A stretch of DNA of 64,000 nucleotides, taken from assembly GCA_964016885.1 (NCBI GenBank), contig OZ024745.1:132556001-132620000 (forward strand), read 5' to 3'. Numbering within the stretch: the first letter of the stretch is position 1; every line of letters starts with the position of its first letter. Shown one piece after another: positions 26,076 to 40,519 of this stretch. This DNA comes from Eledone cirrhosa (Eukaryota). A program made the translations under genes and the position numbers. A model generated the notes under the pieces. That model was given only the letters and a program-made list of their open reading frames with translations, was not told the origin of the DNA and ran no database searches.

Positions 26076-29000
26076 AATAAATAAATAAAGAAGAAAGAGA
26101 GAAGCGGGTGAGGGGAAATGCAAATGTGAGACCCCACGTGCGTCTTCTTATGAATATATGTAAAATAAATCGTGGCGTATTTGAAGGTAACTAAACCCTA
26201 TTTCTTATGTTTCATTCTCTAAATTTAAAAAAGAAAATGTCAACATCAATTAAGATTCCTCACACCTTTACTAGATTTGCATCAAGTGATAACGAAAAAA
26301 TATTTCATTAGTTCTGTGATGTAAACTGTTTTATGTCTCCCTAACGAAAATTTCTAAAATAAATATTTTGTAAAATGTCTATTGTAAAATAAAAAGAAAA
26401 AATCGCAAGCAGTGGAAATGTTTTGCTTTCCACTTCTGGAGTTGCTTGACTTTGAAACTTAAATGGTAATATAATTTTGCTGGTGTCATATATGGAAGGT
26501 GATATTGATTTTTCACAGTCGTAAATTTTCACCAAGTCTTCATTAATCTATTTTCACAGCCTTTATTAAAGTACTTTTGTTCTTCGGCACATATCATAGA
26601 TAGTTTTTGACTGCTTCTATTGACGAGCTGGCGAGATAAATATCAACTTACACACTACGTTATAGAGAATTAATATGAAAGAAAAGAATAAAATTAATCA
26701 CTGGTGATCTACGCAAGCGTGATTATTCCTGACTAATAATATTTGTATAAATAAACTTATAGAATTGTGATTAGCTTTAAAACATTAGGAGATAACGTGT
26801 TAAATTTTGATTTGTCCAAAACTCTGATGATACACAACAAGACGACGTCTTTTCATTTCTAAAATTTAATAATGGTATAATCGATGTAATATTTCTTCAA
26901 TCGAAGCTCGAAACTCGAGACACCTTTGCTAAGTTATCTTTAGATCACACATAAAATTCTGAAAATCATATTTTTTGACTAGCCACAGAGGTGTCATTCA
27001 CCAGAGTAGTATTTATTTCTATGGACGGGAAATCACTATACATGAGAACAGAAACCAAGCCATAAGCTCATTCTCTGGGAACTTACCATTTGTTCTAAGA
27101 ACAAATATTATCAAATAATTTTAAGGAAGGCAAACATTATAAGTACGTTTTTCTTTTCGAGAACATTTTAGGGAGAAAAAAGCGATTCATCTCGTCCTTT
27201 GGAATATGTATCCCGGTTTCTACAAAATGAAGTGAAACCGATTTTGAAGTCCAACAAAATATACATCAGTTTAAATTTTCAAATTATATATATCGATGTT
27301 CATAATAACTTTATAGTAATTACTGACAGCTATGTTATCACGGCAGTTCTCGAGTATTTGGCTATTGAGATAATACATTCCCTATGATGAGTAATGGATT
27401 GCCTATTGAATGGCTGGTCTATGCGCAACACTTTCCGTTATATATTGTTATCGTTTGATCTTGGCTGGTCGCAAATATTTTAGAAATATTGATCTGAAAA
27501 GCGAAAGTATTTAATATTCTATGGGAAATAGAATATTTCATTTTGACTTAAACAATGCTGTAGTGATTGAAATACAATACAGTTTTCTCCATGTGAACTT
27601 TGATTGCATTTTTTATATAAATCGACACGTATGAATTGAATAACCTTTTCGGGATTCATATTCTTGGAGGCTGTACATATTTGTCATGGGATGTCAAGTT
27701 TGAAAGTGTATAAATTCTATGTGAGGTATTTGAAGATGTGAGTAAATGTGGTGTAGCCTCTACACGAGTCTTTGTTAAATCTCATAACAATCAGGCCGGG
27801 CCATTAATTCACAAGAGACGATTCTGACTTTAACAGGTTACAAATATATGTAATAAAACCTTGCATCAATTAGGAATCAAAGTCGGAGCGAGGGCTGCAT
27901 TTATGCACAAATTATATACCACTGTGTAGGAAACAACGAACAATATAACAAAACTACACGCCAAATGTTTCACGGAAAGTCAGATGTTTTAATTACTGAT
28001 GCAGAGTTGCACTGGAATTAGAATTCAGTAAATGAAGTAGTTAGAGAAATGCGATGTGATTGCAAATCCTACAAGGCTGAAGTAATTATGCTTCGTTATT
28101 ATGGCGAGGACAATCAGTAAAAGGGAAGTGTTGTGGTGGTTCAACTCGACAATCTCCACACCAAAGTAGTCTCGTGTCAATACTCGGTATCAGTATATTA
28201 CTTAAATCCTATCAAGAATGAACTGATGAGAATAGTATACTATAAGAAATATAGATGAGCAGATATACATCTTATATTATTAGTGCAATAATGGAGAAGC
28301 ACTCGTACGTGTTGCAGAATATCCCATATGAAGGACATCAATGGAAATATTTGAATTTCTGTAGACGCATAGCTGTAAGAAATATATGAGTAAGAAAGGA
28401 TAAAAATAAAGAGTTTAGTAAAGGAATTAGGAGGTGAGTGAGTATAATTATGAAAAGAGACGCTTACTGGGAGAAATAACAACGGTGATGGTATATGATA
28501 AAAGGAGATAGAGAGAGAAAAAGAAACGATGTAGGAAAGAAAGAAGGAAAGGGAGGGCGAGAAGAAATAGCGCTTCAGTAGGCTTGAGAGTGCAGTACGT
28601 TTGTTAGTGAATTTGACAATCAGCCAGATGGCTTTTTTCAGATGATATTAATGGCCAATATTATCTATACGATCATAATAGTCGAGATACACATATTTCG
28701 CGGAAAGGAGAAATAATGTGAAAATAGAGTGAGTATGCAATGTAATTGTTTTATCCACAATATGTATTGTAATACAAGAGATTAGTCGGTGCCTAAAACT
28801 AAGCGTTGCATACAACTCTATGCCATTTTGAATTATAATCATGGGAATGGATATATATCCATTAAATGACAAATATATTTAGTTAATGTAACTGTTGGCT
28901 ATACTTGGTTTTATATTTCTCATGAAAATATTCAGTCTTTTGGGTTAATACTTTATCGTTCCAGTTGTCTGAATGTCTATCATTGCAAACTTAATTCTAC

Positions 29001-29997
29001 AAAGTTGTTCTAGAATTAGCATTACTTTTCTTCTATCGTGTGAACTCAGTCCCAACACAAAACACCGGATACAGCACATAGAAGACGGGAGCTATTTCTA
29101 AATTATCAATAAATAGACTGATCTTCCACCACAATTACACTTTGATCTAATTAGCAATCTAGTATTTCCATAAATAACTATTCCTTGCCTTGAAAAATCA
29201 GCAAATCTACCGACATAAATTGAAAAGTTTTTGAAGTGTAGAATACTTATTTCTAAAAAGACATCTAATTTTGGAAAGTAACCAAATACATAACTTTAAA
29301 TCTGTAGGCATATTCAGATAAGTGTCCACGACAGGCTAGAAGGAAGATGGCGGATGTAATAGAGAAAACATAAAATGTTCATGTGAAATGCGGATCTTTG
29401 GTTCCAGCTTAACTGAAATATTTCAAAATTGGGTAAGGCTTCATTAAACAGTTTGGGGAAAATTACAGAATTCGTAAGAATATTTGGAGAAAGACAAGCG
29501 AGAATGGATAAATTTGGAAATTTTATAAGATTCGATTATTCTATTCATTTTGTCAAGCAATAAAAAAAAATCCATTGCTATCAGTTTAAATAAAAAGAAA
29601 GCAACAAAACAATTTGGAAATGTTTAAATATTGAGCAGAATCAATTCAAAGCTAATGCACTAGAGGAATCGAATCCTCTTTTAATTTCCGTGGAACTTCA
29701 GAAAAGGAAACGCGAATATGCATAGAGTCGAACGCACATATATGTCGAGTTAAAGTGATATAGTGGATATACATCAAGTTGAAATCCACATGTAAATCGA
29801 ATTACCTATGTTCTATTTCTCAGTTTTGTTCATGTCCTCTTCTCATTCATCCTGCCTCACTTCTCTCGATCTATGGCCTATAGCCACAAAACGCATTTCC
29901 ATTTATCCAATCATTAACCTGACAAACTTAAAGCCTGTTTTATCCTGTCTTCGTGATGTTATCTTCGGGATATCGTGATTACAAATCCTGCATCCCG

Positions 29998-30144
<147 letters not shown>

Positions 30145-30446
30145 GGTGTCTCTGTTTATGTGTGCACATCGTCATGTATTTACACCGTCGATTACTACTG
30201 GTCATAACCGTTTTCATAGTTATTTTATCTACATTTTCCAAGCGGCCATTAAATAGACTGAAGATATCAATATCCTTAAGATGATATAAAGGTTTGCTCC
30301 CTCAAATTCCTCTTTAAAACACAGTGGATCTTACAACGCATTCGTTTCCTATCATGTAATTGTGGATAGATACAAAATCTGCTCGAACAGTCTTTCAAAC
30401 GATATAAACGTGACATGCTTCGTAGAAGGTAGGATTTTATAATAAT

Positions 30447-30742
30447 TGTTTCTACTTTTGGCACAGGGCCAGTAATACACCAGTGTATTACTGGTACTTT
30501 ATTTTATCGACTCCGTAAGGATGAAAGGCAAAGTTAACCTCGGCAGGATTTGAACTCAGAACGTAAAAGGCCTGATTTCTGATTTAGACACAAGGCCAAC
30601 AATTTTGGGAGGAGTGGCGTCGATTAAATCGACCCCAGTGTGTTAGTGGTACTCTATTTCATCTGAAATCAGACCCTAAAGAGCCGTAACTCTATGCCAG
30701 GAAGCATGTGTTCCGACGCTCTACCGATACTGCCAATCCACC

Positions 30743-30743
<1 letters not shown>
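30447..30743 (-). mobile_element. Meta-domain SINE interrupted by a second SINE 3' fragment
   Basis: The SINE body breaks at ~30570 and resumes at ~30677 (taaagagccgtaactctatg). The insert 30571-30676 is long-form SINE tail sequence. Confidence 0.75.
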
Positions 30744-30788
<45 letters not shown>

Positions 30789-30795
30789 TAATAAT

Positions 30796-30977
30796 TGTTT
30801 CTACTTTTGCACAAGGCCAGCAAATACCAGTACGTTACTGGTACTTTATTTTATCGACCCCGTAAGGATGAAAGGCAAAGTTGACCGCGGCGGGATTTGA
30901 ACTCAGAATGGAAAGGGCCGTAACTCTATGCTTTAACGCATGACGTCCGACCCTCTACCGATAAAACAATTTACCAC
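30796..30977 (-). mobile_element. Meta-domain SINE (short form)
   Basis: Core ttactggtactttattttatcgaccccgtaaggatgaaaggcaaagtt, inserted next to a (TAA)n run. Confidence 0.9.
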
Positions 30978-30979
30978 AT

Positions 30980-31503
30980 TCTGAGAAGTGGTATGACCAA
31001 AGCCAGAGTCGGTGATAGAAAACGATCAGGTGAAGGTGTTATGGGATTTTAGGATACAGACGGACAAGAAATTAGATCACAATAGGCCTGACCTGGTGGT
31101 TTTGGACAAGGAAAAAAGATCGTGCCTGATTGTAGATGTAGCCTGACCCTTTCACACGAGAGTGCAAGAAAAGAAGAGCGAGAAAATTAACCGATACCAG
31201 GATTTAAAGTGGGAACTAAAAAAGGATTTTGAACTGCCATGAAGTCAGAGTCGTCCCGATTGTCATAGGCGCACCAGGTACTATCTCAAAGAGTTTCCAA
31301 GGATGGTTAAAGAAGATTAGTCTAGCCCCGCGTTTTGGAACCCTTCAAAAGGCATGCTTGCTGGGAACAGCAAGAACCCTCCGATACGTCCTGAATATCT
31401 GAGGCTGCAGGTAACGGCTTGATATTCATTTCAACAAACTTTCCAGTTAAATAACATCAATGGCTGAAACTCAAAGAATAATAATAGCAATAATAATAAT
31501 AAT
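30980..31503 (+). mobile_element. R4/Dong-like element 3' end with (TAA)n tail
   Basis: Translation KVLWDFRIQTDKKLDHNRPDLVVLDKEKRSCLIVDVA*P...RYQDLKWEL..VVPIVIGAPG...LQKACLLGTARTLRYVL, then a short UTR and a taa repeat tail. Confidence 0.9.
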
Positions 31504-31504
31504 G

Positions 31505-31712
31505 GTTTCTTATATAGGCACAAGGCCAGCAATTTTGGGGGAGGGGAAAGTCAAATAAATCGACCCACTGTGTGACTGGTACTATATTTAATCGACCTCG
31601 TAAGGATGAAAGGCAAAGCCAACCTCGGCGGGATTTGATCTCAGACTGTAAAGACCCATAACTCTATGCTGTAAAGCATGGTTTCTGGTACTCTACCGAT
31701 TCTGCCAATCCA
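31505..31712 (-). mobile_element. Meta-domain SINE (long form)
   Basis: Same core. Inserted in the (TAA)n tail of the R4-like element. Confidence 0.9.
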
Positions 31713-32574
31713 TATTGTCTATGATCAATATTCTCTATCATCCTACTAGTATTTCATGGTTAAAACCTAGGAATTTCTCCAGATGTTATATATCCTAATG
31801 TTGCATCATAAACGTTTCTCTTCTAACAACTGCACACTGTTCAAGAACCATAAAAAGAAAGTGTAGTAGGACTGCTCCGGAGTTGCGGAATTTGATTGAA
31901 TTGGAAATAGAGTGATAGTTCGATAGTTCTAGAGGAAGGCGTACAGCAGTCTCACTTACCACGGTCAACTTTAAACTCCATGGCAATACGCCCATCTTTC
32001 GATAGGGTAGCGCTAAAATACGCAATGATTTCTACTTTGATATAAACAAATAGAAAAAATTGCACACACATTCACACGCACACATTCATACACGCATTCA
32101 TATACACATTCACATACACGTATTCATACACACATTCATATTCACATTCACACACACATTTACACACACACATTCACACACACATTCACACACACACATT
32201 CACACACACAACATATGATTTTTTTAGAGTAGATAATATTGTAAAAGGGACAAAAAAAGCGAATGCATATGGGCATGTTTATGTAATGATTGTATGTATG
32301 TATACGTGTATGTATGTATGTTTGTTGTATGTATACGTGTAAATATGTATGTTTGTTGTATGTATGTATATACGTATATATGCATGTATGTTTCTTGTAT
32401 GTGTGTATGCATGCATGTATATTTGTTGTACGTATGTATGTACGTTGTATGTATGTATATATGTATGTATGTATATTTGTTGTATGCATATATGTATATA
32501 CCTCTATATACATTAAGCACTCCTGAGGGGATTGTAAGACATTTTCATAGTTAACTACTTAAATATTGATGACT

Positions 32575-32700
32575 GGTTATTATTACATATTGAAATGCTG
32601 CCGAGATTAACATTGCCTTTTATCCTTATGTGATCAATAGCATAAAGTACCAGTAATGTACTTATATATTTGGTGGCCTTGTGCCAAATGTAGAAGCAAT
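32575..32700 (+). mobile_element. Meta-domain SINE fragment (diverged)
   Basis: Reads ttgccttttatccttatgtgatcaatagcataaagtaccagtaatg...ggccttgtgccaaatgtagaagcaat. Confidence 0.7.
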
Positions 32701-32799
32701 TAGTACTTGTTCTTCCTGTGGTATATTTGAGGCACGTCGGTCAGTTTTATAGAAATAAAATACAAATGTCACTAAATCTCTCGCATATATGGAACATGG

Positions 32800-33297
32800 A
32801 GAGTTTCATATGTCTCTTTAACATGTAGAGTATAGTTTCATATGCCTCTAGAACATGTTGTATATAGTTTCATATGTCTCTGTAACATGTAGTATATAGT
32901 TTCATATGTCTCTGATACATGTAGTATATAGTTTCATATGTCTCTGTAACATGTAGTGTATAGTTTCATATACCTCTGTAACATGTAGTGTATAGTTCCA
33001 TATACCTCTCAAACATGTAGTGTATAGTTTCATATGTCTCTGTAAGATGTAGTATATAGTTTCATATGTCTCTGTAACATGTAGTGTATAGTTTCATATA
33101 CCTCTATAACATGTAGTGTATAGTTCCATATACCTCTCAAACATGTAGTGTATAGTTTCATATGTCTCTGTAAGATGTAGTATATAGTTTCATATGTCTC
33201 TGTAACATGTAGTGTATAGTTTCATGTCTCTGTAACATGTAGTATATAGTTTCATATGTCTTTCAAACATGTAGTGTATAGTTTCATATGTCTCTGT
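32800..33297. repeat. 32-bp minisatellite, ~15 units
   Basis: Unit atagtttcatatgtctctgtaacatgtagt(a/g)t, with period 32 (32803, 32835, 32867...). Confidence 0.95.
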
Positions 33298-34071
33298 CTT
33301 TTTCTCTTCATCGTCTGACTATGTCTGACAACGACACAATCTGAGGCTAAAACAGAACCGGGTACCTTACTTTTAGTCTTGGTGCACGATCGCAAATGCA
33401 TTTCCATATTTAATCGAATCTTTTCCGCCTGGCTTTGATCTCTGCACAACGGAAGCTCTACAATTTATAGTTTATAGTAATTAACCAGGTAATTAACAAA
33501 CACTCTGACATATTTAATATTGTATGGATAATATATATAAAACTTTCCTGAGATTATATAATTAGCAGATTCCTTACACATTAACTTCCACCTAAACCAT
33601 GAATGTAATCACTAAACCTATAAATCCAATGCCTAATTAGATAGTTACACATGGATCTATTTCTCTAATAACGCCTATCCCGGAAATATAAATATATAGC
33701 CTTAATATCAAACAAATATACAAATAAATAAGTTGACTATTCCAACCAATTATATAACATATAAGAACTGGATTGACTGACAATTTCATACCTTAACCTT
33801 CTTACCATCCCAAGAATGTCAGCAAGAATAACATCTGTACACTATCTGTTTACTGTCATAGACATCGCAATCATATGTCTACTGTAGGGGGGGATGCCAA
33901 CACAACGCTAATCCCAACAGCATATCAAAATCAAAACCACCACCTATCTGAAGAGAACACGTCAAATGGTTATTATGCAATCTCTCTGACATCTTCGAAA
34001 TAGGTATAACAGGATTATATAATAAACAGAGGATGTATATTTAAAACCGCCTCTCTTCTTTATTATATATA

Positions 34072-37000
34072 CTAGCATAGGCAGCCGGTGTTGCCCGGGA
34101 ATGAAATTGTTACTTACATATTAGAGGAAAAGAGCAAAATATGTTGTATAGAAATGTGTTATTCTAAATTCAATTTATTCTTCAATTGGGACACACGATG
34201 AAATCAATTCTGAGTTCATAAAAAAAATAATTGTGAGCAAAATAAATTTCCAATTTCATGAAGGAGGGGAGGGGGCTAAAAAAGAGTCGTGTGTGTGTTC
34301 ACCTTTAACTAAGGGAAGCAAATGTTGGTAGGAAAAATAAGTAAAGGTAAACAGGGCTTGTTAAGAAGAGCAATAACGTACCATTGTAGCGCTTATAACA
34401 CTGTTTTAGATGGTCGATATGAATTTACCATTGCTCTAGCCATCAAACAATTTTAAGTACGGCCTCTTAAATAGGGTTGTGTTCACTGATAGCCCTAAAA
34501 ATGAGGGCTCACCATCAACAATTTCGGCCCTAAAAAGGGCCGTTTGAACGTTCACTTGCAGCCCTTGAAAGGACTTTGACTGCGTTCTCCAACGGCCGCA
34601 AAAAATACTTCAGTTGCGTTCATGTGGCAGCCATTAGAATGACTCTGTATGCGTTCACGATTTGTTCATCCGCCTTAAATTGCCGCGCCGATTGTCAAGC
34701 TGGGTTCCTCTCTGAAGACTATCACCTTTAACCGAGGGAAACATACGTTTTAGTTAAGAGACTGTTTAAAAGCTCATCAGGCTGGCTAAAGAAATGGTGA
34801 TTACGGACCTATCTCCTCGCTGTTGCATTTACAACACCTCGTTGTAAACGATGTTTCTTGCTTTTCCTCGGCGTGGAAATGCGAAAAGACTTTCCCTGCT
34901 GCCCACTCTAGAGCACCCAACGTACAATTGTCCGTGGGAGAAACAGGGTTCTTCCAGAAGAAGTCCGGCCACAGAAAGAGTCTGGCCCTGGGACTTGTTG
35001 ATGGACATAGCAGAACTGACCCGACGTGGAAATTGGAGTCTTCAGAAGGTGAACGGAATTACTGCTCCCGAGGGAATGAGAGGATTTCTCGGAATGAAGA
35101 CATCATCACCTTTTCCGCATCCAGAAAGGATTGTTGCCTCGATTACATGTGCCATCAATTTGTTTACAGCCAGCCGTGTCCCGTTGCACAGTCTTGGTGG
35201 TTCCAAATTCCGCAGCAGCATTACAGGGGTGCCAACTTTAAGGAGAAGAATGTGAAGCGGTAGTCCTGGGGGCTCCAAAGAATTGAGAAACTCTGGCATC
35301 GTGTCAACAGATTTGTAAGTGTGAAGAACACCAGGAAGGGAGTGCAGTAGTTGGTTATTGGTTTTGTTAACAGCAACGTTTTTTGGAGCTAGCACTGCTC
35401 TTTCACACAACCATGCGTGGTTCTGGTAATTGTCTCTCAAATCTGGAAACACTTTGTCTTTCAGATCCCCCGCAGAATTAACTGAGGTCGAAAATGTCCA
35501 CACTTCCAGCTCTCTTGCAGCGTCAAGAGGTATTTTGCCGTCGCCAAGTTTCAAAATGTCCTGTGCAAATTCTGCGGACGTTTGGTCGCCGTGTAATTGA
35601 ACTCTTATGTTGGTTGTAAGAATCAGTGTCCTGACATGGTGCCATGGAGGAGAGGACTTTAGGCATGCTTGGACCTCATCTGCTCTTGTGCCTTTGGGAA
35701 TGACGGGAAGAGTCTGCCTGAAGTCACCCGAAAGCAGAAGCGTAACACCTCCCATGGGAGCCTGGCAGCCTCTGATGTCCTTTAGAACTCTGTTTAATGC
35801 GTCCAGAGCTCTCTTATGGGCCATGGTGCACTTATCCCACACAATGAGCTGACATCGTTTTAGGACTTGGCCCTGGTCGGAGGTTTTGCTGATGCTGCAA
35901 GTAGGCGTTTCTGACGTTGTTAAATTGAGAGGCAATTTAAAACTGGAGTGTGCCGTCTTGCCACCGGGCAACAAAGTGGCAGCATTTACAGAAGAGGCAA
36001 CAGCAACGACAATGTCCTTGTGCATCCTGACTTTTGCAAGGAGGAGTCTCGTTAAAAATGTTTTGCCCGTCCCTGCAGGAGCATCCAGAAAGAACATACC
36101 ATTTTTTCTGTGGCGCACATAGTCGGCAACAATGGTGTAAGCACGACGTTGGTCCGGAAGAAGTTGTGGTTCAGTTACAAGGACGTACTTGGTAAGAGCA
36201 TCGACGTCGTAGGAAGTTTCTCGGAGGAGAGCTGTAGGAAGTACCTTTGACCCTGTACGGATTGTTTGGGGCAGACCATATGAGGGCAAATAATTTCCGC
36301 CGAGTGATGCAACTCTATCCTCTATGTCAATCAACGCTAGATTGAAGACCTCGTCGCTGGTACCTTCCATCTCAGGGTATTGCCTTTGCGCCTGACGTTT
36401 GTAGTCGTCGGATAAGTCATCTTATACTTGAGCCATAAAGAGATAGGATTATTCAGTTCGCAAGTTTACAGCAATACTGATAAAGAGATCGTAGGCGCAT
36501 AGCCGATTGAGATGCAATAGGTTCGAATAAAGTGCTATCCACTGCGCACCGTCTTCTAGCAGGCCGCGCTTGAAGCACGCTTCCCTGTAAGTGCTTCACA
36601 CAGAACCGTCGGCAGTTCTAAGGTCATGAAAGGACTGGGGTCCTCTAACCTCACGTAGCAGAAGACGGAGGTAGAAGCACTCATGCTGTTACGGGTGCAC
36701 TGTGTAAACTCTCTATAGGCAACTGTAAAAATTTATGCCAGGATGTCCATCAACAGGATGTCCTACCTTTCTGCGAACCCATTGGTTTTTATTCCACGTG
36801 TAATAGGACGACACCTAAGGATACAGCAGGGTTTGAGCAAATGAATCGGCCTGACAAAGTTCGAAGAATGCAGTGAGGGTGGTTTCCCGTGGTTCTTCCA
36901 CCATTTGAACAGCATTAACGTCAGTGAAGTACACCTTTTGACCGTTCTCCAGGTGGACTGCGAGCTGTTCAATTGCAGGGTGCCTTTGATGTATAGGGAA

Positions 37001-40000
37001 GCCGAAAATACGCCAGAATGCCTCGTTGCTGCTGATGTAACGGCCAACTTTGTATTGCGTGACCTGATCACGGCTGTTGTCCTGTTGAAGACCGAACATA
37101 CCAGCGTCTGAATACGTATTCACATATTTACATATGTACTTGATCGACTTGACGGAATTACAGAACTCGATATTGATGTGAGCACCGAAGGTCTTGGAAA
37201 GAAATGGGCAGTATGGCACTATCCGTCTGTTGTCGACCTCGTGCTGTCCAACGGTTGCTGTAAAACCACCGTCTCCGGGTTGGCGTAGCCTGTACAATGG
37301 GTATCGGTCAACGCCAGTCTGGGTTTCTTTGAGGAACTTTCGGGAAAATCTTTTGCTGCAGACATTGTCGTTCAAGCAAGGTGGGCTTAAATTGAAGCCC
37401 CGCCCACATGGAGCATGGACCATGTTTGTCTTCACTGTGTCATAGAGGTCTTTGTCTATAGACAGATCGGGAAACTCTGCGGAGATGATGCTGTCAATGT
37501 CATTTGAAGATATTTTTGTTGACAACCAAATGAGGATGTGGGCGTGCGGTAGGCCCCTCTTCTGCCACTCTAGGTGTACATGTCGCACTTTACTGGGCCA
37601 AAGATTTGGCCTCTCTTGATGAGCTCCATGAGATTGATAAGCTTCAGCTGAAAGACTCCGGCCAGGAGGTCATACCTGTCTTTGGCCTGTTGCTCTTGGA
37701 ACAGTTCTTCCCCGATCTCCTTCCACTTTGGGTTGCAAGTGAATGTGATGAACAGATCGGGCCTGCCGTAATGCCGTACGTAGGTCATAGCATACTGCGT
37801 TCTCTCGTGCATGTAGCGCGGACTTCCGGTGAAGGTGGAGGGGAGAATGCAGACTTTTCCTACGCTGCTGGGAGCTGCGTCATTGTTGATGGCATCTCGG
37901 AGATGGATGTAGCTCTCGGACCGCAGTTGCCTTTGGTGTGACCGTATGAAACACAGTCTCATCGATTCCATTTTTGTGCACGTATCAACGGCAAATTGCT
38001 GAAGTAGGTCTCTTGACTGGTGCATGTGATTGAAGGAATCGTGGCGAACCATGAAACGGTAGGAGTAGAAATCGATGCATGAAACTGGTTTTTTGACGGA
38101 GTGTTGAGTGTTTACTGGATTATGCAGAGGAATTCCGTACTGATAGCCATCCTCACCATTTACAAAGAGAAGTGGATACTGGAGCACACCGTAAGACCTA
38201 TGTGTTTCGCTGATTCGCTGAAGAGTGCTATCTCGACGCTTGAGGACAGTGGATTATGCTGACCTCCATGCATAAGTACACCGATTTCATTGCATGCAGG
38301 ATAATTATACCGACCCGGATGCTCCCCAGATGGCATTTTCGAGGCATCAATTACCACATTAAAATTGGCTGTGGTATCTCCTTCCAAGGCATACTTGAAG
38401 CTAATGACATAGCTGTTCTTTGTGTGCAGAATGTCTTGCAATTTCCTTATAAGCTCGACGTTGGTACCAGGTGAGTGGAGTTCCTCATAGCTGCCTGCTC
38501 GTTGACATTCCCAACAAAGTACAGCTGAAGAAAATGAGGTTCTTGGTTGGCGGCAGGTTGGAGGGATCCGATTCTATGGTACACCTGACCTTGCACCTTA
38601 AATGTGGGCATAAATCCGCCTTCCTTGACAATGTTCGCCCCGAAAGATGTCATTTGGAAAGCACAGTTATACCTCTGGATGTAAGTCAGGAAATGCCGTG
38701 ACCCCGCAGTACTGTCTGAATATAGGAGCTTCAACGGTTGTGGTGGGTCCTCCAGGGACGTAATTTTACTTTTCCATTTGCGCAACACAAGCCAGGTGTT
38801 TCTCCGGGCCACTTTTTTGCATTGCAGAAAGAGCACGTCTTTGACATACTCCCAATTCGCATGTCTGGATGGCCACTGTAATCAAAGTCAGGGTTGTACT
38901 CGAATTCTTTCAAGGACCGTCGTGATCCACACGGCCTTGAAATACCCTGTCCATAGGCCCTTCGTTGAGCATTACAGTGTAGTCGAATATCTCGTTCTTG
39001 CGAGGTCTGTGTATCTCTCACAGCAGCCGTATTCGCAGCATCCGTACTCCGACGTCTTTTACGCTGGTCGTCCGTCTCGGCTGCTCGTGCAACAGAAGTT
39101 GATGCGGTATTAGCGGTTCGGCGAATGGTTCGTTGATTGTCTGTTTCAAGTGCTCTTCTGGTGGCAGTACGTTTAGCATCTTGCGACCGTCGAATAGCAG
39201 ATTCCACTGACGATTCGTTTGCCCGCCCTGTTCGTGTTGTTGCTGCTTTCGCAGTTTTTCGGCCAATGGAGTATCTCTTCCTTCGAGGCATGACCTAAAA
39301 GCAATACGAAGTACACTGAAACTCACTGGTAGTGTAAGGAGTAAACTCGTCAGTGAATTAAAAACCGATGCATATGATTTCCGAACGGGGTATGAATGGG
39401 GAGAGGGGTAACAGTAAGAGCAGCGGTTGGAATGAGTGTAAGTTAGTGAATATGTTGTCAGTGACAAAAATGGTGTAAATGAAACGACACACGCAAGTAC
39501 ACACACACACTGAAGCACGCAAACGCAGAAACGCACGCAAACGCAGAAACGCACGCAAACTCACACACACACATGTTAATAGATTTAAATCATAATGGAA
39601 CCCTGCGCGAACACACACACACAAACGCACACGTACACACACACACGCGCGCAAGCGCACACATACACGCGCACACGCACACACACACACACGAGCACAT
39701 ACACACACACACACGCATAAATGTTAATTACTTATAGCTTTCCTTCCCCTTTTCCAGCGTCTCTCTCTCTCTCTCCCGCTATCCCCCTCTTTTAGTTTGT
39801 CTGTTTCTTTCACTCTCACTCTTTCTCTTTATAAGTCACTCACATTAATACTAAAGGGTTAAGCTATTGTTCTCAAAATAAATAATAATATATGATTTTT
39901 ATATTAGGTGAGATAAAGCCTTTACCATGAAAATAATATAGTATATATAGAGTAATGTAAATGCTAAAGGGTTAATTCCATCAGACCATGTGAGAGAGTT

Positions 40001-40519
40001 TATAATCACTCACGCACACATAGACACTCACGCATGTAAACGCACACAAACTCACACACACATACTCGCAAGTACACACACACGCAATAGTTATTCCACT
40101 GTCATGTATCTTTGACGCATACAACTCTCAAAAGACGGCGTCTGTCACTCTCTCTCTCTCTCTCCCGCTATCCCCCTATTTTAGTATGTCTGTTTCTTTC
40201 ACTCTCACTCTTTCTCTCTGTAACTCGTTCACATTTCTCCCCTCCATCGAAAAACGGTGTGACGAATGGGGAGAAGGGGCAGGAGGAGTAGTGAGCCACT
40301 CCTTCACTTCGCCTCTACGTTTCTTTCTCTCCCCTCTCACTCCCTCATTATGTACAGACATTGGCCACTTCACTAATTCGATCCGTAGATCAGAATAATT
40401 TGAAATGTCTTTGCTCAAAACACTTCTGTGACCATACGGGTTACATGTTTAAAGTTTGAAAAAAAACGGTTGGGTACTTCTCGAGTTTTAGGGAAACAGA
40501 CACACAGACAGACATCCTC

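Noticed and set aside
32800-33297. CRISPR-like periodicity (also 669-828, 11410-11855, 63325-64000)
   Set aside because: These are head-to-tail tandem units with no unique spacers and no cas genes, in a eukaryotic context.
34823-39113. Plus-strand ORFs within the Helitron
   Set aside because: They are antisense shadows of the GC-richer RepHel coding sequence.
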